From assembly GCA_965112735.1 (NCBI GenBank), contig OZ218963.1, positions 2,356,001 to 2,420,000 on the forward strand: a DNA stretch of 64,000 nucleotides, given 5' to 3'. Below the pieces are notes generated by a model. It worked only from the letters and a program-made list of their open reading frames with translations, had not been told where the DNA came from and ran no database searches. This DNA comes from Phaeosaccion multiseriatum. Taxonomy: Eukaryota > Protista > Ochrophyta, other classes. Position 1 is the first letter of the stretch. Each line of letters begins with the position of its first letter. Of this stretch, positions 48,038-57,482 are shown piece after piece. The position numbers and the translations under genes were made by a program.

Positions 48038-49030
48038 CTTCCCTCTTGCTGCGCCCCTGCAGCTGCTCCCTCCGAGCGTGCCTAATTATGCCTGATATCC
48101 GTGCCTGCTGCTGCTGCTGCCTCTGCAGCTGCTGCGGTATCCAACACCTGCTGCTGCGCCCCCTGCCTCTCCAGCCAAGCCTGCTGTATCTCCTGCCGCT
48201 AACCTCTAGATCAGCGGTCCCCTCTGATTAAGTATAGCGGATACCCGTGCCTCCTGCTGCTGCCCCTGCAGCTGCTGTATCCAATCCTTTGCTGCTGCCC
48301 CTGCAGCTGCTCGCCAATCCTTCCGTGCCTCCTGCTGCTGCCCCTGCAGCTGCTCCTTGCAATATCCCTAGCTACCTCTTGCTGCCGATCCACGGTAGCG
48401 CTGCTGTGCCACTCTTTCAAAGCCAAGCAATAAATTCTCCCACAAATAAATTCTCCCACCTGTTCCCAAGCAAAGCCAAGCCAAGCAAAGCTAATTAAGC
48501 TAAACGCCCCTGACGGAGCAAGCTGTGGCGTGTCCGTGCCTTGGACACTAACCAAAAACGTCCACGTGCTAGTCTAGCGCACGATGAACTCAAAGTCTCC
48601 CTCTGCTGAGCCTATTGGTCAAGTGCCAAACTGTCTTCGAGCTTTGGGGTTGTGGAAAGTCGTGCTTAGACCTCCACGAAACGGACTAGACACACAGATA
48701 AGGTAGCAGCACCCCAAAGCTAGCCTGACAGCCGGCCTTGTATCTATTAGCTTATCTATGCACTGTCCTAAACGACCACCTACAGGAGGATAGTGAGAAA
48801 CGGGTACCGTTTCTCACTGCGTTGCCTAGGCCTGGGCCACTGACATACGACTGACTTTCCACAAGTCACGCAGGGATACTGCTCGGCGTGCTTGGACACA
48901 GCGTCTCCAGCAATGTGGATGGCAGCCTACGCGAGCACCTCAGCTGGGTGTGAAGAAGGCGGTGATAGAGGCCTGGCAGCCGGGTCAGATGCCCCCATTC
49001 GTGAGCCACATTTCCGCAGCGAGGTGCACG

Positions 49031-49684
49031 TGTAAGAAGGCATCCTTTTGCTAGGCTGGCAGCTATCCACTGAATATTCACGGGGGTAGCTGCCAGCCTA
49101 GCAAAAGGATGCCTTCTTACATGCCTGTCAGTTAAGGTCGATCCTTCCCCCCCCTCCGAAAACTCCTCCGAAAACCTTGGGGGGGTAACTACCTAGGATT
49201 TCTCCCACACCGAGCCCGTGAATTTCAGTGTCATGCCCCACTTTCGCCCTCGGAAATTTTCTCACCATCCACAGAATCGAACCCCGTCTGGGCATGTAAG
49301 AAGGCATCATTTTGCTAGGCTGGCAGCTATCCACTGAATAATTTTAATTTTTTTATTCAGTGGATAGCTGGTTTTTATTCAGTGGATAGCTGCCAGCCTT
49401 GCAAAGGATGCCTTCTTACATGCCCAGACGGGGTTCGATTCTGTGGATGGTGAGAAAATTTCCGAGGGCGAAAGTTGGGCATGACACTGAAATTCACGGG
49501 CTCGGTGTGGGAGAAATCCTAGGTAGTTACCCCCCCAAGGTTTTCGGAGGAGTTTTCGGAGGGGGGGGAAGGATCGACCTTAACTGACAGGCATGTAAGA
49601 AGGCATCCTTTTGCTAGGCTGGCAGCTACCCCCGTGAATATTCAGTGGATAGCTGCCAGCCTAGCAAAAGGATGCCTTCTTACA
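49031..49684. mobile_element. Family-B inverted dimer
   Basis: H(49031-49121)-S'-central H(49295-49420)-S-H(49594-49684); TSD CACG. Confidence 0.95.
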
Positions 49685-50383
49685 CACGTACGTGTCTACG
49701 CCGAGGCACGTGCAGGCTCTATCGACTCAGTTGCGTACAGCCAAAGTGGTCGCCATGGATTCGGAGTGGGCGCGTCACCGACGGCGCGCGTCGCTGCTGC
49801 AATTGGCCGTGCAGGTTGGGCCGCTGCCGGATGTGGCGCGTGACTATGGGCTCTTGATTGATCTAGACGCGCATCAGAAGGCGGGGGGTATGATGGTACT
49901 GGCGCAAGTGTTGCGGGACCTGTGGGCCGAACCTTCGATTGTGAAGCTGGCTCACCACTGGAGTCACGACCAACGTGCCCTGGGCCGATGGCCGGCGCTC
50001 GCGGAGCATGTCCAGCACATCGTCGACTTGGTGGACACCAGTGACCTCTTTAAGCGCGTGTGCCCCGAACATGCTCAGTTCATCGGACTCCAGGACCTTG
50101 TCAGCATGTTTTTGGAGCAACACCTTAGCAAGGAGGAGCGGGCCACCGATTGGACGAAGCGGCCGCTGTCCGCCGCTCAACGGGAGTACGCGTTTGCTGA
50201 CGCTGCGGCGCTCCTTCGCCTCTGGCCTCGCATGGCGGAGTGTGTGCCGTTCGTCCATGGTGGGCCGGGGGTGGAGCTTAGCGCGATGAGCCCTGCTCAC
50301 ACTCCTGCGGAGCAGGAGGAGATGCAAGTCGGCAGGTTCATGCAGGCCGCGGTTGGTTATTGGGGCGATCGCGACCACGTGTC

Positions 50384-50857
50384 TGTTAGAAGTCGTACTT
50401 TTGCTAGACTGATACCTGCCCTCTGAATTCAGACCGGGAGGTATCAGTCTAGCAAAAGTACGACTTCTAACAAGACCGTTGCTAGAGGACGAACCCCCCC
50501 CCCCACCGCACATAGTGGAGAGAAGTAACTCGCAGTCTGAGAGGGCAGGTATCAGTCTAGCAAAAGTACGACTTCTAACAAGGCTAGTTGTGAGTTCGAA
50601 CCTTAGCTGTCGCTTGTGAAAAAGCGTATTTTTCGGCGAAAACTGTTACCATGGTCTTTCTCGCTCTGAGGCCTTCCAACAGCCCATGATGCTGATTCTC
50701 AGACTGCGAGTTACTTCTCTCCACTATGTGCGGTGGGGGGGGGGGGGTTCGTCCTCTAGCAACGGTCTTGTTAGAAGTCGTACTTTTGCTAGACTGATAC
50801 CTCCCGGTCTGAATTCAGAGGGCAGGTATCAGTCTAGCAAAAGTACGACTTCTAACA
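50384..50857. mobile_element. Family-A inverted dimer (partly deleted)
   Basis: H-part S-half H-S'-H; TSD TGTC. Confidence 0.93.
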
Positions 50858-53444
50858 TGTCACCGCTCTACATCTTTGGTGTCCACTCCAAGACGTTGGA
50901 GGTATTCGACCTGGCCAAACTGCAATTCAAACTGCAGTGCTCGTGGGAGACAATGATGCAGATGGTGGAGCGGTTCACGCGGACATATAAGCGCCAGCGG
51001 AAGGTGGTGGGCGCGTTGGCCAGTCATCTAGATACCATGATCGAGTTGCCATGGAAGCAAGTCCGTCAGGTGTCGCGTGACTACTTCTCGATGTGCACAC
51101 CAGCGGAGGCTCAGCAAACGGGTGCCGCGGCCGCTCATGCGTGGGCTGCATGGGAGGCCGAGCTTGAGGAGGATGCGTCTCGTCTGCTCTCGGAGGTGTG
51201 TCCAGCTGCCGTTGCTGGTGCCACCGAGGGTGAGGAGCTCGTTCCGGAGGAGGGCCGCATCACCCCCCCTGGGGAGCCGCCTGCTGCGGAGTCGCCGTCG
51301 GAGCCTGGTACGGCAGATCTACTGGTCACGGAAGAAGCAGGGGATGCAGGTAATGAAGCTGAGGATGCAGTGGATTCAGTTTCCAAGGAGCCGGGGGAGC
51401 AGGAGTCCACCTTGCAGCGCGAGCTTGATGGACATCGACGAGAGGCAGAGCGACAGTTTGGGTGGTCTCTACCAGGCACGGTGCCTGCTGCCGCGGCGCA
51501 CAGACGAGCGGCTGGAGCTTTGGGTGGCAGTCTGCATGTCGAGGCCGCGTGGTGGGTGCGTGCGCAGCGGGCTGATGCGGAGCTGGAAGCACTCCGTCGT
51601 CGTGTTCAGGCTGGGCCCACCGGCGGCGTGGTGGATGCAGGTGGGGGTGAGTTCTTTGTGGATGAGGACGGGCTCTTGATGCGTAAGTGGGCTCCTGGGG
51701 GCTTTCGGTGGCGGGTGCGGCACACTCGGCTACAAGTATGTGTGCCCAAGGAGATGCGGCCAGCCTTGCTGCATGCCGCCCACACCGATGCCATCGCAGG
51801 TGGGCACCAAGGCCCGGGACGTATGCTGGACGCGCTGCAAGAGCGCGTATGGTGGGAGAAGATGAATGCACATGCGCTGTATTGGGCCCGCTCCTGTCTG
51901 GCGTGTCAGACACGCAAGACTCCTCGCCGGCAGCCAAAGCCTGTACCGCTGTCGTCCATTTCCAAGGTGGATGGACCTTGGGCGGTCATGGGCGCTGATG
52001 TGGCTGGCCCCTTTCCTATGGGCATGGGCGGTGAGGAGTACCTCTTGGTGTTTCAGGATTGGTTCACGAAGTGGACAGTGGTGGTGCCTTTGAGGGCACA
52101 GGACTATACGGCGGAAGGTATTGCTCGGGCCTTCGTGCGGCATGTCGTCACCACCCTGGGTGTGCCCCGAGTGCTGGTGAGTGATCAAGGCTCGCAGTTC
52201 ACCAGTGCGCTCATGGGCGATGTGATGCGGGTTCTATCGGCGTCGCAAGTGTTCACGACGCCGATGCACCAACAGGCCAATGGGCAGGTGGAGCGCTTCA
52301 TGGCCACGATCAAGGACATGTTGGCGACGACCGTGGAGTCACAGATGCAGCAGTGGCCAGATTACGTCGCCGGGCTCACCTATGCGTACAACTGCCGCTC
52401 GCAGGAGAGCACGGGGATGGCGCCATTCTACGCCTTGTTCGGTCGGCACCCCCGGGTGCCTCTACAGGAGATGCTTCCGGCGCTAGTGGAGGACGGGTCG
52501 TTTTCGTCTGCCTCGGCATGGGTCCACGAACTGCGGGCACGTCTGGCTGCGGCTGCGGCGGTGGTCAATGGGAGGCGCTGCGACTACCACGGGAGATTGC
52601 AGCTGAAGAACGCCTCACGCCGTTGGCCGACGCCCCTGCGACCCGGAACCAAGGTGATGTTGTATCGTCCTGGTGCCGCCGCCCAGCAAGAAGGGGAAGA
52701 ACTCGAAGGGCCCCCGTCAGCGCAACTCAAGGCTCTGCAGCATTCGTGGGATGGTCCTTATACAGTCTTGCCTTGGCCATCTCTGGGGGGCTACTGTGCT
52801 CAGCATGGGCGGGTGAGTGAAGAGCACTATCAGGTCATGCAGCGCAGCGCAGTGTATCTGTCTATGAAACGGGTGCGCGGCAATGGTGTGGAGCAGCTGC
52901 AACGGGCGTACCACAGAGACTGGACGAAGCCGTTCATCGATGGGGTGAGCGAGCGGCCTTTCGGTCTCCCGGAAGGGTTCGCCAGGTATCATATCCGTTG
53001 GTGCTCTCCTCAGTGGGCTACCAGCGCAATGCAGGAGCAGCGTAGCTTAGAGCTGGACGAGGTGAGTGAAGGGAAAGTGCCCACGCTGGCGAGGATTGTG
53101 AAGTTCCGCTGGCGCAAAGCCACGGGGCTGCCACTGCGGCGAGAGTATAACGTGCGGTGGGCGGTGGCGGACGGCGGCACTTTCCAGACCTGGGAATGGG
53201 CTGAGTGGTTGCTGGAGCGGGGACACGCCAAGGCCATAGAGGCGTTCGAGAACGCCCTTCCGCACACTGCCCTTGATCCAGGAGTGAATGTCAAAAGAGG
53301 GCATAGGTCTAAACGGGAAAGCACGTTCCGTCTGCGGCAACATGAGAAGTGGGGCAGCGGGCTGGCGCACGAGACGCAATTCTATCGCTCGCATCTCGGC
53401 TTCTGAGGGAGCTGGCGGAAGAGGCGGGGGCGTAGTGAGGGGGA

Positions 53445-53639
53445 TGTTAGAAGTGGCCTAGTTGGGGTCCCTTGGGGACCCAATCAGTAGTGTAACGGCC
53501 GGAAAACGGGCCAACGAGACGGTAAATCAGTAATAAAGAAAGGAAGCGCAGCCTGCGTGTGGGCTGGCTTCCGGGTGCTTGCTTCAGCTTCTGCTCTGCT
53601 CTAGCTTGGCTTTGAGGCTAGCTGTCGGTAGTTTCGACA
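53445..53639 (+). mobile_element. Putative 3' LTR of the exonuclease-gypsy
   Basis: PPT GAGGGGGA then TGTTAGAAGT...TTTCGACA; AATAAA inside; right end inferred, no partner LTR in window. Confidence 0.65.
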
Positions 53640-53703
53640 CAGTTCATCATCTCCGCGGACTACACCATAGAGCAGCAGCCACAGCCAGGCGTTACGATGG
53701 CAC

Positions 53704-53888
53704 TGTAGCCTATATGAAGGCAACAAAAATATCGCCCATTCAAGGGTATCGATACCCATCCAAGAAGATGTAGAAGTCCTATGGGTACCTCAAGTCCACA
53801 TGAAACAGGAAAATAGTAGCTAAGAATGCTCAGATGGGAATTGAACCCGAGAGTGGTAGAGATTTTTGTTGCCTTCATGTAGGCTACA
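53704..53888. mobile_element. 185-bp TGT...ACA MITE-like element
   Basis: TIR TGTAGCCTA(T/C)ATGAAGGCAACAAAAAT; no TSD match. Confidence 0.6.
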
Positions 53889-54174
53889 CTACCCACTTAG
53901 ATTAGTATTGCGGCAACAGCACGCAGTTTGGCTGCGAAGTGTACACACAGGTGCTGGCTGGAGGCGGAGAGTGAGGTCGACGACGATGACGACGACGACG
54001 ACTCGCCTCCACCAAAGCGGGTTGTGATTGCGGATGAGCTCGAGCAGCGCGAGCAGCAGCGGCAGGCAGAGTGTAGCTAGGCAGCAGGAGCAGCAGGCAC
54101 AGCAGCAAGTGCAAGCAAAGCAGGCACAGCGCAACATGTCTCAAGGGTCCATCAACTCTATACTCGGACACGTG

Positions 54175-54519
54175 TGTTAGAAGTCGTACTTTTGCTAGAC
54201 TGATACCTGCCCTCTGAATTCAGACCGGGAGGTATCAGTCTAGCAAAAGTACGACTTCTAACAAGACCGTTGCTAGAAGACGAACCCCCCCCCCCCCACC
54301 GCACATAGTGGAGAGAAGTAACTCGCAGTCTGAGAATCAGCATCATGGGCCAGCAAGCTGGTAACAGTTTTCGCCGAAAAATACGCTTTTTCACAAGCGA
54401 CAGCTAAGGTTCGAACTCACAACTAGCCTTGTTAGAAGTCGTACTTTTGCTAGACTGATACCTGCCCTCTGAATATTCAGAGGGCAGGTATCAGTCTAGC
54501 AAAAGTACGACTTCTAACA
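54175..54519. mobile_element. Family-A monomer H-S-H (345 bp)
   Basis: TSD CGTG. Confidence 0.95.
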
Positions 54520-54527
54520 CGTGTTCT

Positions 54528-54880
54528 TGTTAGAAGTCGTGCTTTTGCTAGACTGGTACCTACCCTCTGAATTCAGACCGGGAGGTACCAGTCTAGCAAA
54601 AGCACGACTTCTAACAAGCCCATTGCTAGAAGACGAACCCCCCCCCCCCACCGCACATAGTGGAGAGAAGTAACTCGCAGTCTGGGAATCAGACTAATGG
54701 GTCAGCAGGCCAGCAAGCCGGTACCAGTTTTCGCCGAAAAACACGCTTTTTTCACAAGCTACAGCCAGGGTTCGAACTCGCAATGGCCTTTTTAGATGTC
54801 GTGCTTTTGCTAGACTGGTACCTCCCGGTCTGAATATTCAGAGGGTAGGTACCAGTCTAGCAAAAGCACGACTTCTAACA
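54528..54880. mobile_element. Family-A monomer H-S-H (353 bp)
   Basis: TSD TTCT. Confidence 0.95.
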
Positions 54881-55035
54881 TTCTTCATGCCTGGCCTTCG
54901 GGAGGAGGAGGTGCCCGAGCACAAGAGCATCAACGAGGCGCTCAATGGCGAGTCCGCTGAGGAGTGGAACGAGGCGTTACACAGAGAGGGCAATAGCCTG
55001 GAGCAGCACAAGGTCTGGGAGGTGGTTCCGCGGAC

Positions 55036-55244
55036 GTTCGATTCTGTGGATGGTGAGAAAATTTCCGTGGGCGAAAGTTGGGCATGACACTGAAATTCAC
55101 GGGCTCGGTGTGGGAGAAATCCTAGGTAGTTACCCGACCTTAACTGACAGGCATGTAAGAAGGCATCCTTTTGCTAGGCTGGCAGCTACCCCCGTGAATA
55201 TTCAGTGGATAGCTGCCAGCCTAGCAAAAGGATGCCTTCTTACA
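55036..55244. mobile_element. Family-B partial (deleted spacer plus H 55154-55244)
   Basis: Match to 49430-49684. Confidence 0.85.
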
Positions 55245-55526
55245 ACTGACTAAATGCATGTGCTGCCAACGCACTGGATTTCCAAGCTCAAGGTAAACCC
55301 TGATGGGACTGTGCATACGTTCAAGATGAGACTGGTGGTGGGGGGACATCATCAGGTGCAGGGCAAAGACTTTTGGGATACGTTTGCTCCGGTGGTGGTT
55401 CGACATTGAAGCTTTTCTTTGCGACCTTCGGTTCCCCCCCCCCCCCCCCCTTTTTTTATCCTGAACCACTAGTATTGCGTGGGGTTGTAAAACAACATGC
55501 CCTGTCTCCTACAGATGAGATAGAAC

Positions 55527-57163
55527 TGTTGGGATATCTCCCTCCTGGAGACTAGTGTCGTACTTGCACGAGTGTGGGAAAGCGTCTTATTAGCTACATA
55601 ACACGAAAAGAAGAAGAAGTGAACGGACTTGTACCAGCGATATGAGATCGATATCTAGTGTCGACATCGATTTATCTCAACACACCTCCTCGCCTGGTAC
55701 TGTCCATTCCGCTAACTACGCCCTAAAACCCATCATCTTTTCACGTAAAGCTACAAGTACTGCCGGGGTCACATGCTTCGTCAAAAGGTCAGCCAACTGC
55801 GCCTTCGAAGCCACGTACTCAAATGCAATAAGAGCCTCCTTCACTGCGTCTTGCAGAAAATGAAACCGAACATCAATGTGCTTCATCCTCCGTGTCGATG
55901 CATTGCTCTCTGCCAGCTTGATACACCCCATGTTGTCCTCAAAAACAACTGTCGCCTTCGACGAGTCATCAGGGAACAAGAAACTCAATACCTGCCTAAT
56001 GTATAATATTTCCTTCACACAGTCACTGGCCGCCATGTACTCGCTCTCCAGCGAAGACATCGCCACACTCAGCTGCAATCGCACACCCCAAGTGATAGCT
56101 GCACCTCCGTACATCAAAGCATAACCAGTCGAACTCCTGCGAGTGTCAACACATGCAGCGTAATTCGCGTCTGCATATGCTTCCAAAACACACTCGCCCT
56201 TGCCAAACACCAAAGCACGATCCACAGTACCCTTCAGGTACCCAAACACACGCATAGCCTGCTTCCAATGCTCAGGGCCGGGGTTCTTCATATACCGCGA
56301 CAACTCTCGAACAGCATAGGCAATATCAGGCCTTGTCCAGTTTGAGATCCACATCAAAACGCCCACCACACCGGGGTAGTCCTTGTCAGTCATAAAAGCT
56401 ACATCAGCTGCAGACGAGGGCTCCATACTCTTGCTGAGTGCTGTGCCAGACACACCGGGTGTCGAGTAAACTCGATCAGACTCCAAACCAAACTTCACTA
56501 TCATCTTCTTGATGTAGTGCTCCAATGTCAATGTGACAGTGCCTACGCTCCGGTTGAACACAACGCGCACTCCCAAAAACTGATCAACATTGGGCCCAAG
56601 TCTCTTCAACGAAAACTTGTTGTCCAGCTCTGTAAAGAGCCAGTCCACCACCTCCTGCTTTCCGCCGCAGGACAAATCATCAACAAATACAATGAGGATG
56701 CCAACAAGCTCCCCATTCTTCCACAAAACAAATAAACACGGCTCAGCGCCGCACTGTTGCCATCCAAGCTCAAGCAGAAACTTCACCAATGTCTGATACT
56801 GTGCTAAGTTCAGATAACGTCTTATTATCCTGAACCTCTAGTATTGCGCAATACTAGAGGTCGCAATACTAGAGGTTCAGGATAATAAGACGTTATCTGA
56901 ACTTAGCACAATACCAACGTCTCGGTGCCTGATGTAGACCATAGAGTGCCATCAGCAAGCGCATGACCTTGCCCTTCCGCAGAAAACCCGGAGGCGGCAA
57001 CACATACACCACCTCATGCTCTTGCAGAGGCGCATGCAGAAAAGCTTGATCCACATCAGCAAACTCACACACAAAACCAGACGTCTTCACGATGAAGAAG
57101 TGAACGGACTTGTACCAGCGATATGAGATCGATATCTAGTGTCGACATCGATTTATCTCAACA
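55527..57163 (-). mobile_element. Internally deleted Ty1/copia element (RT-RNase H retained), inserted in a family-2 LTR
   Basis: 3' LTR 55527-55682, partial 5' LTR ~57095-57163; 5-bp TSD AGAAC; ADVDQAFL, LYGLHQAPRRW, VFVDDL, YADANYA, KHIDVRFHF. Confidence 0.92.
56800..56910. mobile_element. Solo family-C hairpin in copia RT
   Basis: TSD ATAC; excision restores APRRWYQTLVKF. Confidence 0.93.
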
Positions 57164-57482
57164 AGAACTAGACACACGGACAAGGTAACAGCAACCCCAA
57201 AGCCAGCCTAGCAGCCAGTCTTGCCTCTACTAACTTATCGCATGCTAGTCCAAACAACTTTTGTTTGGGCCTGGGCCATTATTGACTTATAAATATTACC
57301 CAAAAAGTACAGGAGAACCTCCCCTACCACGCTCTTCTTGTAAAGGTTTGAGGGGTGAACCGAGAGAAAGGAATGGAAAAAGGAGCACTCCTTTGGAAGG
57401 AATTGGCCAACTCCTTTGTAATTCCTTTCCTTTGTATTTTACCCCCTGTGCTACTTTGCTCCTCCTGCCTCGCCTCCCCCTT

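Larger units (their letters stand above)
37839..48863 (-). mobile_element. Gag-only non-autonomous LTR element, tandem dimer with three 213-bp LTRs (37839-38051, 46227-46439, 48651-48863)
   Basis: Near-identical LTRs TGTGGAAAGTC...GACTTTCCACA; single TSD AGTC. Confidence 0.93.
37330..53406 (+). pseudogene. Chromovirus-type gypsy pol (RNase H C-term, DEDDy 3'-5' exonuclease, integrase, chromodomain) split into 37330-37838, 48868-49030, 49689-50383, 50862-53406
   Basis: TDHQSL...RW...HRPGKQMVVPDCLSR; VAMDSEW...DWTKRPLSAAQREYAFADA; HHCC plus ADVAGP/SDQGSQF/NGQVER; EYNVRW...TWE; frame continuous after removing three insertions and their TSDs. Confidence 0.9.
53900..55430 (+). pseudogene. Ty1/copia integrase-RT linker and RT N-terminal fragment, multiply interrupted
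   Basis: GHVFFMPGLREEEVP...EEWNEAL...KVWEVV; FKMRLVVGGHHQVQGKDFWDTFAPVV. Confidence 0.8.

Noticed and set aside
8015-53639. One giant element joining the gag-protease at 8484 to the pol at 37330
   Set aside because: The LTRs at 8015 and 53445 are dissimilar, no RT lies between them, and host genes intervene.
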